A stretch of 64,000 nt of DNA from Mizuhopecten yessoensis (lineage: Eukaryota). A program made the translations under genes and the position numbers. The notes under the pieces were generated by a model. That model had not been told where the DNA came from, did no database searches, and was given only the letters and a program-made list of their open reading frames with translations. The stretch covers positions 85,563 through 149,562 of the forward strand of contig NW_018407738.1 in assembly GCF_002113885.1 (NCBI RefSeq). The letters run 5' to 3'. Shown here in pieces: positions 34,874 through 47,774 of the stretch (within the stretch, counting starts at the first letter, position 1; each line of letters begins with the position of its first letter).

Positions 34874-37800
34874 ATGAAGCTTCTTGTGTTTTTCCTTTCC
34901 CAACTGGCCTTTGTCTTATGTGTTGAAAACAGGACATTATCCCAGTACATCCACGATCATAGCCAGTTCAGCATCCTAGATGAACTTTTAAACCATGCTC
35001 ACCTCAGTGCAACACTCAACAGTCCGGGTAAGACATTTTCTCTTTGTGTTATGATTCATGATGCTGTTCATTACTAGTACTGTATACAGCGAGTAAACAG
35101 AAGATGTGCTTCGACACAAGATTATAAACCCTATAGAAAAGTTTAGAAATGGAAAAGAAGAAGATCCAAACTGTTTTATTGGTAAAGCATCTCAGTTCTG
35201 GTTTCTCCAAATTCCCGTGAGCAGATCTAGAGGACACAGACAAACAACCTTTCTTCTAAAGGGAGGCCATTATGATAGTCGCTTTTTATGAGCATACAGT
35301 GGGTAATACACCAAAGACTTTATTAACCTGTGAAGGTTTAAAATTGTACTGGAATATACAAATTCTCTACACTGTATTGTTTATGAGAATAAAACAATTG
35401 TCATTGTCAATTATACACATTTTTCCTAAAATTTCAAAAGCCAACAATCCTGGTATACTTTGTACAAGTTAAGATTCTGTATATTACACTATTGTGTCTT
35501 ACTACGTAACGTTAGCTGAAAATACTCAATACGAATGGGAAACAATAATATTAAGTGTCTGGACGATATCGTGACGTTGATAGGTATGCCACTCGACCTA
35601 TATATAGACTTAAAGGTTCGTGACCATCCTTATCTCACAACAGCCGGCCCTTGTCTGACACTATTAACTTCTTTAATCCAACACTCTGTCCTTTCGGCCC
35701 ACGATTTTCTTTCTTAAGAAAAGCTCGGTCTCGGGGAGTAATCCCTCACATCTCAAAGGTCACACTACCTCAAAGGTCACACTACCTCAAAGGTCACACT
35801 ACCTCAAAGGTCACACTACCTCACACCTCAGAGGTCACACTACCTCAAAGGTCACACTACCTCACACCTCAGAGGTCACATTACCTCAAAGGTCACACTC
35901 CCTCTTACCTCAAAGGTCACACTCCCTCACATCTCAAAGGTCACACTACCTCAAAGGTCACACTCCCTCACACCTCAAAGGTCACACTCCCTCACACCTC
36001 AGAGGTCACATTACCTCAAAGGTCACACTCCCTCACACCTCAAAGGTCACACTCCCTCACATCTCAAAGGTCACACTACCTCAAAGGTCACACTACCTGA
36101 CACCTCAAAGGTCACATTTCCTCAAAGGTCACACTACCTCACACCTCAAAGGTCACCCTCCCTCACACCTCAAAGGTCACACTCCCTCACATCTCAAAGG
36201 TCACACTACCTCAAAGGTCACACTGCCTGACACCTCAAAGGTCACATTACCTCAAAGGTCAGACTACCTCACACCTCAGAGGTCACATTACCTCAAAGGC
36301 CACACTACCTCACACCTCAGAGGTCACATTACCTCAAAGGTCACACTACCTCGCACCTCAGAGGTCACATTACCTCAAAGGTCACACTACCTCACATCTC
36401 AAAGGTCACACTACCTCAAAGGTCACACTACCTGACACCTCAAAGGTCACATTACCTCAAAGGTCACACTACCTCACACCTCAGAGGTCACATTACCTCA
36501 AAGGCCACACTACCTCACACCTCAGAGGTCACATTACCTCAAAGGTCACACTACCTCACACCTCAAAGGTCACACTCCCTCACACCTCAAAGGTCACATT
36601 ACCTCGCACCTCAAAGGTCACACTCCCTCACATCTCAAATAGCACACTCCCTCACATCTCAAAGATCGCACTACCTCACATCTCAAATGTCACACTACCT
36701 CGCACCTCAAAGGTCACACTCCCTCACATCTCAAAGGTCACACTCCCTCACATCTCAAATGTCACACTACCTCCCACCTCAAAGGTCACACTCCCTCACA
36801 TCTCAAAGGTCACACTACCTCATATCTCAAATGTCACACTACCTCACATCTCAAAGGTCACACTCCCTCACATCTCAAAGGACACACTACCTCATATCTC
36901 AAAGGTCACATTACTTCACACCTCAAAGGTCACACTACCTCATACCTCAAAGATCACACTACCTCACACCTCAAAGGTCACACTACCTCACATATCAAAT
37001 GTCACACTACATCACACCTCAAAGGTCACACTATCTCACATCTCAAAGGTCACATTACCTCACACTTCAAAGGTCACACTCCCTCCCCTCATTCCTAAGT
37101 TATGTCCGTCATCTGCCCGTTAGGAGTCAATGGTTCAATTTAAGCGACTTCTTCTGAATAACCAATAGGCTTAGGATGATGGTATTTGGACAGTAGCGTG
37201 CTGGAATTATGGGCTGTCAAGTCTTTCAATAAATGACATTAACCTACTTTCAGGATCACATAGATTAAGTTTGTAAAAACTTTTTATCTTTTTCCTCCCC
37301 CCGCCTTAACAACGCATGATACCCATAGGGGAGGGGAAATGTGTGTGTGTGTGTGTGTNNNNNNNNNNNNNNNNNNNNNNNNNNNNNNNNNNNNNNNNNN
37401 NNNNNNNNNNNNNNNNNNNNNNNNNNNNNNNNNNNNNNNNNNNNNNNNNNNNNNNNNNNNNNNNNNNNNNNNNNNNNNNNNNNNNNNNNNNNNNNNNNGG
37501 GGGGATCTATTGGTTTTGGTTTCACTAAGTCAAAGGTTAAGGTCACAGTGACTATAAATAACCTAATAACCTGAAATTTTAGTAAAGTACTAGTCTCGTT
37601 CAACCAGACGCTTGATCACTTCTAATTCTCTGTTCGGCGTAGCTTGTGCAGACAACAAGAGTCCGGTTGAATGAGACTAGTAAAATGTTTCCAGAGACTT
37701 TTTCTTCAACGATCAATCAGATTTAAACCAAACTTAAAGTAAAGATGTCCCTTGGCAGGAAGAAGGTCCTTATTGCGTTTAGGGGTACTAGATCAAATAT

Positions 37801-40800
37801 CAAGGTCAGAGTAGCTATAAATAGATTGAGATTTTGTCAAATTGTTAATTTCCGATTGATATCGCTTGAACAATTAATACATCCAATCCAAACCAAACTA
37901 AGATGGATGTTAAATATTTAATATGGGCAACAAACCAGGGCCGTTTTCGTTAATCGCGATCCAAACGGTTGAAACAGTTGGACAAGAGTTGTTCGTTTAT
38001 GAAACAAGGTCGGACCAAGTAATCGGAGGCTGCTTTCAGGCGAGCCTTGACGAAGTAAACTTATGCAGGTCCGCATGGATTTATACCCGAAAATGTTACA
38101 TTTAAAACGGACGTACTGGTTGTTCCACATATACGAATATGCCCCAGGATCTACCATTTTTCCGTATTTATAAAAAAAGTTTAGACTCCGTCAATAATTT
38201 GTATTTCCTTATATGTTGTAGGTACGTTTACCATTTTCGCCCCGACCAATGACGCATTCAACAAACTGCCAGCCGGACTCCTCGATAACCTGAAGGGAGT
38301 GGACACAGTAGCCCTCGTGAACCTCCTCAAGTATCACGTGACTGCTGGTATCCTGATCGCCCCTCTCCTTAGCAATGGCATGACCGTGACCTCCCTGGAT
38401 AACCGCACGATCCACGTCAACAAGTACCCGAACGGGGTATGTTACATAACAACCACTTCTATGAAGGATAATCGTGATGCAATCGGGAACCGTCGGCACT
38501 TTCCGTAAGCCAGAACCAACGGTTCCCGATTGATTCGTGACGTATACCAATTCTATTTCCGAAGCACAATTGCTTGAATACAGCCCACGATTTAGAACGA
38601 ATATGTCAATATATGTTAGCCTATTTGTTTCGATGAAATAAGTGACAAACCAGCTTAACATAGATTAATGGGGCGGCGTCAAATCTGTATTTAACGACAC
38701 ATATCAGCCTAGCAATTGGTCAGAGTTTGGTTTGGTTTGGTTTGGTTAAGTATTGTTTCACGTCCTATCAACAGCTATGGTCATTTAAGGACGGTCTCCC
38801 CTGTGTGCAAGATGCATGCATGTAGTGAATGCGTGTGTTTTTGGAGGCTGCGATATGTTCGTGTATGTCTCCTTGTGATAGCGCGGAACTGATGCCGACT
38901 TTATAGTGCTACCTCACTGAAAAATAATGCCGAAGACACCCAGCAGGACACCCCACCCGGTCACATTATACTGACAACGGGCGAACCAGTCGTCCACTCC
39001 TAAATTGCTGAGCGTTAAGCAGGAGTAGAAATGATCGTTTTTGCAGACTCTGGTATGTCTCGGCCAGGGGACAGAACCTAAAGCTTTCCTCATAGGTGCG
39101 AACATCCAACTAAAGGCCAAAGATGAGACATTAGGAAGAAGAAAATTGTTTAGAAAGAAGAAAAAAGATAAGATCCAAAATTTAGTCGCCTCTTACGATC
39201 ATGCAATGGGGGCAGCCGGTACAATTCTTACGCCCTACCTGCTGAGACAGATTGGTCAGAGTGTTTTTTAACCCGCTGAGACCAATTATATATATATGAC
39301 ATATTCTTTGATGCAGAGAGCGTAAATGAGCGTAACACCCGAAGTATCGATAATGTGTTGATATTTGCATCTTCATCTTTATTGTTTCTTTTTTAATTTC
39401 TTTTCTATTTGAGCTTTTTTTTATTTTATTTTTTCTATTTAATTGGCATCAAAATAAACAGTAATTTGTTCGCGGTGGTTAGCAGAAGATGCTCAGAAAA
39501 GTTAAATAATTTCTTGCAAAATTATGTTTCAATGTATTAAATCCATTTATGATTCACGGTACAAAAACTGAAAATTGATCCAGAAACCATATTACACCCT
39601 AACAGGCGGTGGTTTTAGAAGGCTCCACCGTAACCGGAGGTGACATCATCGTGACGAACGGAGTCCTCCACGCTGTCAGTAGTGTCATGTTTCCCGCTGT
39701 TTTGTCTATTGCCCAGTATATGGGGAAGGACGAAAGCGAATACATTGATCTTTACTCGGCTCTCATCTTCACGGACCTGGAACAAGCTCTAGACTCTAGT
39801 AAGAATGTCATATTTACTTCGAGTTTTTCTTGACGATTTTAAATGAACTCTCTAAATGCTTTGTCATTCAATTATAATTCCACTTTTTATTTGAGATGGT
39901 GAAGCTAAAAAATGATTCCGAAAGTTTTAAGTTTAGCGGTCTCCTGAAATGGGTTCCCTGATGTTTTCGTCAAGAACACACTAATCGGGAACCGTCGGCA
40001 CTTTCCGTAAACGAGAACTCGTTTTAAACAAATTGCCCATAAAGAATGTTTTTCATGTGTTTAATGGCTTGAATGAGACATATACAACAGACTGGATTGA
40101 CTGTCGCAGTTTTTCTACTCCTGCAGGCTTCGAAAAATACAAATATCAAAGATCGCAGTTCTTCTAGCGGAGAAAAATGGTACTAAGCAGGTATTACAGT
40201 CTATCTTAACGACAGACTGACGCCTTATAATTAGGCGGCACTCCGCACGCGCCAATTGGCACATTTCTTGGGACCGCCTAATTAGATATTATGAAATAAA
40301 TATTCCTTATTATGCATTATTTGGAAGACATGGTGTCATTAGTGTGTATTCGTTCTATTCAGAGGGAACTTTCACCGTATTTGCCCCGAACAACCAGGCT
40401 TTTAACCAGGCGCTCGGCACTCTCCAGACAGTCGCCTCCGACAAGAATACCTTCGCAGGTAAAACGCTATATTTTATATCAAAAAATAATAATTTAAGTT
40501 GTCAAGATGAAGATTTAATTAATACTTGTGTTAATGATAAATTATTTGATGTTTCGGTTTATAAGAATGTAATTCTTGTCCGCAGATATAGTTAGCATTT
40601 GACTTATTATCCCCCGCTTTCACCGAAACGGGGGATATTAATTTGGGTTTGTCCGTCTGTCTGTCTGTCTGTCTGTCACGCTTCGTTTTTCGTGCAATAA
40701 CTACAACAAATGTTAACCGATTTTCTTCAAACTTGATCACAGGGTTGAATGCCTTAAGGGCTCGGCCATGTTTGATGATCATTTTCAGCGGACCCGATTT

Positions 40801-43800
40801 TGCGGAGTTATGGCCCCTTGAATATCGCAAAACGTCATTATCTACCGCGTTTCGTTTCCGTGCAATAACTGCAACAAATGTTAACCGATTTTTTTTTCAA
40901 ACTTCGTCACAGGGTTAAATGCCTTAATTAAACGGGCTCGGCCAAGTTCGATGACCACTTTCAGCGGTACCATTTAGGCGGAGTTATGATCCCTTGAATA
41001 ACGAAAAACGTCATTATTTGCCGTTTCTGTTCATTAACTCTCGCAAATATTATCCGATTGTCTTCAAACTTAGTACCCGGGTTAAACGCATTAATGGCTC
41101 GGCAATGTATGACAACCACTTTAATCGGACTCCATTTGGCAGAGTTATGGCCCCTTGATTAACGAAAAACGTCATTATCTGCAGTTTCCGCTTAATAACT
41201 CTAGCAAATATTAGCCAAATTCCTTCAAACTTTATAACAATGTGTGTATTCCTCTGTCTTTCCATCCATCTCTGGCACTCTTTGGTTTTCGTGTGATAAT
41301 TGCTGTAGATATTGTTCAGATATTTCAACCAAATTCCGTACGCACATTCGACTCATGCTAAGTTTGCTAACCGATGTGATTTGTGCATATTTACGGGTAA
41401 TCAATGAGGTATAGGGCTTCTTTTCAAGTTTCAAGCTAAACATTATGTCTCAACAGCACGATACTCACATGTTTAAACCTAACCTCAATAATGTTAACCT
41501 ACAATATGTCCTGCAAGCGGGGGATTTAAATTCCGCGAATTTGCTAGTTTCCCTTTGTCTGGTAGACTTTTGTCTATAGAGTTATCTTCCCTTATTGGTG
41601 TCATCTTAGTCACCGAAGCGGGGGAATATCCTGTTCCCAGTCTTCTCCTCAATTTTTAGCTGTCGTGTGGTTAAAGTCATTGGCCATCATACGTCATACA
41701 TAAAAAAGTATAATCATTATAGGCGGGGATTCAAATAAGATATTGAACCTTATATTCACTGAGTTTGTCTTCTATTTGATAAATATTACAACAAGACATT
41801 CATGATACCGCATATCGACATGGCTAAATTGCAGTGCTATAAATTTAGGTGTGAGTTATATAAATACAGCTCTGTATTACCAATGACTTGTATGGACTTA
41901 TCTAATTCCGTGATAAAATACCTACATTCCTGAGGGTTATGTATTGCATGCTGTTTTACAAAAAGGAAGCAATTGCTAAGGTCAAACAATTCTCTCCAAG
42001 ATGGAATTGAAGTTATGTAATATTGGTCTCATGAATATTTTATTTTAGTATACTGAGTATCAAACCTCTATGTCCCAATCTCTTCCATATAAATAAGCAA
42101 TCAACGTCGCAGTGACGCTTCAACAGCTTTAGCTACACGTAACAAACGTTTGGTGAGAGAGACGAAGTATTACGTACGCTTATACTGTATGAAATGTTCG
42201 TTGTATAGGCCTATACACATTCGTGGTTTTCGTGGAGGCTACAGAACCACGAAAATAAACACAACAAATTTAATTGATATACTTGACTACTTTTCGTTTT
42301 ATATGGTGGTATCCAAGAAATTTTGTACCACGAAACGATCTTAATGGTTTTAAGCCACGAATGAAAATATCTACGAATATTTCATGTTATACAGTTATTT
42401 TGGAGCTTGTTACATTTTTTGGTATGTTTCTCAAACAAGCACAATCCTTGAATCCTTCTGAAACGAACGGAAACAATTAAGATGTACACATCACAAAAGA
42501 TATTTGTTCTTGCACTCTTTACCCTTTTTTGTTTATTCTATTGTAGTATTTCCCCATGATACGCATTAAAACGGAATTAAGATTCTCAATTTCTATTTCA
42601 TTGCTATGTAGTACGACACCTTTGAGTGATTTTGGCTGTCAAATGGTAGAATCGGTTTTGCATTATCATGTTTCCTCTTCTCTAGACATTCTGAAATACC
42701 ACGTGGTCCCCCAGACTCTGTTCTCAGCCGGACTGACGGACGGTCAAACCCTTACCACTCTCCAGGGAACAGACCTCGTCGTCCACATCGACAGCACTGG
42801 TAAGATTCGATCATTATATTTAGTATGTGTGGGTTACATTGAGATACGATTACTTGTATAAGTAAGTCTAGAGTAGATTGTCAATGCCTCCGCCAAGAGT
42901 CCAACTCGGGACCTCTGGTGAGCTAAAGAGAATAACATGAGAGGCCACTGGTCGGCCTTTTTTCTATTGGATATGATTTTGCCGACTGTGACCTCTTATT
43001 TCCGAAGCACTAATTCTTTGATGCAGATTCCGTCCTAAATCCGGGCGGAGCAAAATCGGCTTGAAAAACTCACTTAAGTGGTTAACAGTTAATAACAACA
43101 ATGTCTACTCACGGTTCATATAATATAGATCTCATATGTATGCCACAGACACAAATATATAGTATATTACTGAATGGAACACTCAAAATACATGACCATG
43201 TCGTTGTAGCACTTCTCTGACCTACTTTTAAAACATGGCTTCCTATGTTAATAAATAAATAGCATGGGGGGGGGGGGGGGGGGGGGGGGTGTTATAAACG
43301 GAACGAAATGCGGAGTTTGTTTGTGTCCGCTTGTAGAACAATACATGTAATCTATTTTTGTATTAACCGGGAAATCACGGCAAATGTTTTCTGCTTCACT
43401 TCGTGTTTTCACAACTCCCTCCACTGCCACCTAGCGGATATACCGAGTTATCGCTCTTCTCCCAAAAAACTTTTATCCAATCAAAATGACCGTTACATAC
43501 ACACTCCATCGTCGTGTTGACAAAAGCAGGTGTATGTCGAGGCGGAGTATAAATGACAGAGCAACATGAAAACAATCCAAAGACAGCACAACTATTTTCC
43601 CAGGTCATCATTTACATGAGGCACGTAGTCAAGGATTTCCACCAACTGATTTACTGGGNNNNNNNNNNNNNNNNNNNNNNNNNNNNNNNNNNNNNNNNNN
43701 NNNNNNNNNNNNNNNNNNNNNNNNNNNNNNNNNNNNNNNNNNNNNNNNNNNNNNNNNNNNNNNNNNNNNNNNNNNNNNNNNNNNNNNNNNNNNNNNNNNN

Positions 43801-46294
43801 NNNNNNNNNNNNNNNNNNNNNNNNNNNNNNNNNNNNNNNNNNNNNNNNNNNNNNNNNNNNNNNNNNNNNNNNNNNNNNNNNNNNNNNNNNNNNNNNNNNN
43901 NNNNNNNNNNNNNNNNNNNNNNNNNNNNNNNNNNNNNNNNNNNNNNNNNNNNNNNNNNNNNNNNNNNNNNNNNNNNNNNNNNNNNNNNNNNNNNNNNNNN
44001 NNNNNNNNNNNNNNNNNNNNNNNNNNNNNNNNNNNNNNNNNNNNNNNNNNNNNNNNNNNNNNNNNNNNNNNNNNNNNNNNNNNNNNNNNNNNNNNNNNNN
44101 NNNNNNNNNNNNNNNNNNNNNNNNNNNNNNNNNNNNNNNNNNNNNNNNNNNNNNNNNNNNNNNNNGGGGGGGTTCTACACGACACATCACTTACTTTTGG
44201 TTGTCGATAACATTTAACAACATGGCTATTACATGGGTTACTGAGAACACGAATTGCTACTGTAACAACAAATAGTTATTGAAATCACGAATAATTACTG
44301 TAAACACGAATAGCTATTGAAAACACGAAAAGGTGATTGAAAATACATATAGTTATTGAAAATACGAACGGTTATTGAAAACACGAATTGTTAGATTGAG
44401 AACACGATTCGTTACTGAAAACACAAATAGTTATTGTAAACAAGGATTGTTTAGCACAAATGCTCCATTGCAATCCGTTGCTGTCCGTCGTCTGTCGTAC
44501 GTCATTAGACATTCTCTTTCATGCTTCCTCAATTTAGAGGGAAATATTCATAGATGACGTTGATTCAGATTTGAAAATAAAAGAAACTAGGTTCAGGAGG
44601 TCCATTAAGGGGGGAAAATGTCAAATTTGAGGAACCTAAAAGATGCCTTCTGTAACGGCCCTCTTGTAACAAACCACATGTTTGATCTTATAAATATTCA
44701 TAATGTAGCACTCTTGATACCAAATCTGTTTATATATAGGCTGCTAGGGGGCGCTTTGCAATATATACAATATTTACATGAAAAAATCTCTAAAACATTA
44801 AACGTCAAATGACATTGACCAATTACCAGGGTGACAGGTATCAAAACTGAAAACGCTCAAGGGATTTCTAAGAAACCGAAGGGTTAAGAGTCATGGTCCT
44901 TGACATACTGCTTGCTGACAAAGAATGCCACAACTTGGTGAAAAGATACGAACTTGACCTTTATCTAAGGTCACACAGGTCATTTTTTGTTAAAGAAACA
45001 AAATCCCTAGCGACATGACACCTGGTGAGTACAATGCAGGCATAGAGTGCTACAGAGTGTGTTAAAAGGAAGAGCCTTTACCTTCATTTAAGCTCACATG
45101 ACTCAAATTTGATAAATTACTCATACGACTATTTCTTGATACCTAAAACGTGTGAAGTCGTCATGTTTGGCAAGTATTTTGCTTATTTGCAATCTTATGA
45201 AGGTTTTAAAAAGGAATTTCCCTCGCCCAATATTCAAGGTCACAGCCATTAAAGTTGAAACACCCAAATGGCGTTCTTGAAGATTTGGCAAAAAGCTTGA
45301 TTAAGTTTAATGCTAAAAATTATTGAAAAGGATTAACCTTGCCTCATAGTCAAAGTAACATGGATCAAAATTGTTTAAATGCTCAAAGACAATTATAATT
45401 ATATTATATAGAGTAATAATATTAATCCTACTTACTAGAAACTTACTTAAAACGCCACCTTGAATCATATAAGCATCTGTTGGCCCATTGGGCTTCTTGT
45501 TATTCAAAACTAGGGTTATAAGCACGGATTATCATCTTATTGTTATTGATAACATTGACTGTTATTGATGTGACGCATTTTCATTGATGACAATTATTTT
45601 ACGGATATGCCTAAATTGGCTCTTCGGAAGGTACCGATATTCAATATCACTGTAGTCATGTATATGTATGTTTTATTTTATCTTGATTTTATTATTGTTA
45701 GGCCGAAAAGGTGTGTTTCAGGTAATCCGACCTACCCTAGATTTTACTAGAATTTGTATTATCTACAAAACTTGTATCTAAGATTAATTCATTAGCCAGG
45801 CAAAGTTCACAGCCACTCATTAAAATGTACTTTCTTCCGGTTCTGGGAGTCTGACCTTATTCTTGACAATTTAATAGCCATTGTAATGTGTGGAAATGCA
45901 TTGTAAAATTTGAAATAAAGCGTAATATTAATTCAAGGAAATACAAAGATAGCATTAAAATAAAATTATTTCCCTAGCGACACATCCTATTTTTTCAGGC
46001 ATGTTACCTGAAACAAGCAAATTGTTTTTGGCCTTTTAATAATAGTTATTTGTGTGTCTATGGTATCAATTACATATCATTTGTTAATCATAGAGTTCCT
46101 CGTGTAATAAACGTTCAGTTAATATAAGCGTGTGTTTTATACTAGACACGCGTTGTCTAGCGTTGTTCAGCGTTATCTGACTGACCCTTCTGTTGACAGG
46201 TGTCCACATCAACAACGCTTTGGTCCTGAAAGCTGACCAACCGATGACCAATGGTGTCATCCACATGATCAACACTATCCTGACCCCGCTGTAA
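34874..46294 (+). CDS. Secreted fasciclin (two FAS1 domains; TGFBI/periostin-like), 288 aa, 6 exons
   Basis: Exons 34874-35027 (hydrophobic signal peptide), 38222-38436 (TFTIFAPTNDAF..LLKYHV), 39606-39798 (TNGVLHAVSSV), 40363-40458 (TFTVFAPNNQAF), 42686-42799 (DILKYHVVP), 46200-46294 (TNGVIHMINTILTPL*). 867 nt in frame; AATAAA at 46301. Confidence 0.93.
35742..37085. repeat. Composite 17/24-bp minisatellite (TCAAAGGTCACACTACC +/- TCACACC)
   Basis: About 60 units in fasciclin intron 1; mixed 17/24-mers at left, 24-mers only at right. Confidence 0.93.
37359..37498. other. Assembly gap (N run) after a (GT)n microsatellite
   Basis: Run of N. Confidence 0.99.
37590..37680. mobile_element. Short MITE with CTAGTCTC TIRs inside a HINE-like remnant
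   Basis: CTAGTCTCGTTCAACCAGAC ... GTCCGGTTGAATGAGACTAG. Confidence 0.7.
38725..39120 (-). mobile_element. Mollusc-type SINE with (CAAAC)n tail
   Basis: (GTTTG)n tail on + strand, central CCGGTCACATTATACTGACAACGGGCGAACCAGTCG, and a B-box-like region near 39070. Confidence 0.7.
40604..41555 (+). mobile_element. HINE/pearl-like element with (CTGT)n and ~168-bp core tandem repeats
   Basis: TTATTATCCCCCGCTT..CGGGGGATA 5' hairpin, GTCC(GTCT)n, core repeats at 40691, 40859, ~41030 and ~41190, and a 3' AAGCGGGGGAT subterminal inverted repeat. Confidence 0.85.
42182..42394. mobile_element. Tc1/mariner-type MITE remnant
   Basis: TACTGTAT..TTCGTGG / CCACGAA..ATACAGT inverted ends. Confidence 0.5.
43659..44166. 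other. Assembly gap (N run)
   Basis: Run of N. Confidence 0.99.
44240..44440. repeat. Degenerate ~19-20 bp minisatellite (AATAGTTATTGAAAACACG)
   Basis: About 10 diverged copies. Confidence 0.7.
44450..45500 (+). mobile_element. Old HINE-like element
   Basis: TTTAGC start, GTCCGTCGTCTGTCGT microsatellite, recurring AAGGTCAC motifs, and a GCCCATTGGGC hairpin plus TCTTGTT end. Confidence 0.55.
45699..46034. mobile_element. MITE with AGGCC..TGTTTCAGGTAA terminal inverted repeats
   Basis: TAGGCCGAAAAGGTGTGTTTCAGGTAA ... TTACCTGAAACAAGCAAATTGTTTTTGGCCT. Confidence 0.55.
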
Positions 46295-46352
46295 CCTGTT
46301 AATAAACATATTTGTAACTTGTGGTCACTGCGTAAGTCGTCTGTGACAAAAC

Positions 46353-46701
46353 ATCCTCGATACTCCAGTGGTTACACTCACTTACACTCTCTGCATCTCT
46401 AGAATATGTCAGAGCAGAATATCGAAGGCTGGCTGTTTGATTGGTCACGGGTAAAATACCTGACCAATCGTTAGGCAGGTCCTTGCATTTTGAAGATCAC
46501 CGAGAAGAAACACGCCACCAAAGCTAGTCAATTTTACCATTACGCTACCGCGAGATTCTTTTGATGTACATTAAAAGATCAAACTAGTCTCACTGTCTCA
46601 TTCACAAGGTGGCGCACACTTAGCCTTCGATTTTGCTATGACATATTCCAGGGGTGCAGAGAGCGAAAGAGAGCTTTTAAAACCACTTGAGTATCAAAGA
46701 T
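46353..46701. mobile_element. ~350-bp MITE with long TIRs (3 copies in window)
   Basis: ATCCTCGATACTCCAGTGGTT..CTCTCTGCA..TAGAATATGTCA / TGACATATTCCAGGGGTGCAGAGAG..AACCACTTGAGTATCAAAGAT. Related copies at 26659-27605 and ~60910-61204. Confidence 0.8.
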
Positions 46702-47774
46702 TGCGGTAAAGAATCTTGGTGAAATGACTTTCAAACTAAAACCGAATAGTTTCGCTGTTTTAGCGAGAACAATTGATGCATAATGATCCTAAAAGCTTTC
46801 ATAAAAGACACTCTCTGAACAAACACATTTCCATGGCATCCACGGATGCTCAATTGGTCCATCTTTGATATACAATAATATCACATTCGACCGAGTTTAC
46901 TACAAGAACTTTAGCAAGACTACACCATTGCGTGATTCAAGTCGTAGATTTATGGTGTGATGGGGATTTAACCAATAACACATGTGACTACAAATAAATG
47001 ACGTAACAGTAGCAAGTTGTTACTCAAATGCAGTTGGTACCACACGACAGGTAAATAGACATTTGTCTCGCCATGATGGTAACGACGTCACAATCACGAG
47101 ACATCAAATTCACGTATCGCTATATAAAAAACGAAATAAAATGGAAATATTAAAATAAATATTTATTGAAAATACACATTAAATTACAATACATTACGAA
47201 AGTGAATTACAAGATTTGTCGTACTATAATTACTCTCATACTCGTTTTTTCATTAGATTCTCTCTCTCTCTCCTTCTCGTCCTTTTGTCTATCCTCACCA
47301 TCACACTAGTGTTGTCACTACTCACTGCCCACACTGTCATCACTTCCATACTGACAAACTTCTCTCTCCACCAACATCACAGTATACATGTATTAAAATT
47401 AACAACATTCCATTTCATAACAAATGATATTTGATATTTATGAATCATTAACACTTTTCAATAACATATTTTTCTAATTTGGAAATAATAACAGAACGAA
47501 ATGCTATGACATTTTCTGAACATCAAGTTCGGCATTGCCAATCGTAAATACTCCATCCAGCATAGGCTATTCACTGTTCCGAAACTGGCCAATTGTTTGA
47601 TAAAGCACGTGTCACTATTTTTGAGCACTCCAGATAGGAACAAAATTATCATCCCTCTTGTTAAATTCAGTTACATATATATTTAAATAAATACAATATC
47701 TTTTACCATCCGAAAGGTATTGAGCACTTAACGTTATAGCGACATCACTGTTATGACGTCACTTCCGTTGCTAT

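Noticed and set aside
34687-34950. Minus-strand ORFs overlapping the fasciclin start
   Set aside because: No domain signal; they overlap a well-supported + strand exon.
35651-37157. ORFs encoding (SQRSHYLT)n / (KVTLPH)n repeats
   Set aside because: By-product of a stop-free 24-bp minisatellite in an intron; the fasciclin exons splice in phase without it.
43553-44275. Long ORFs with X runs (also 37265-37603)
   Set aside because: Artefacts of N gaps.
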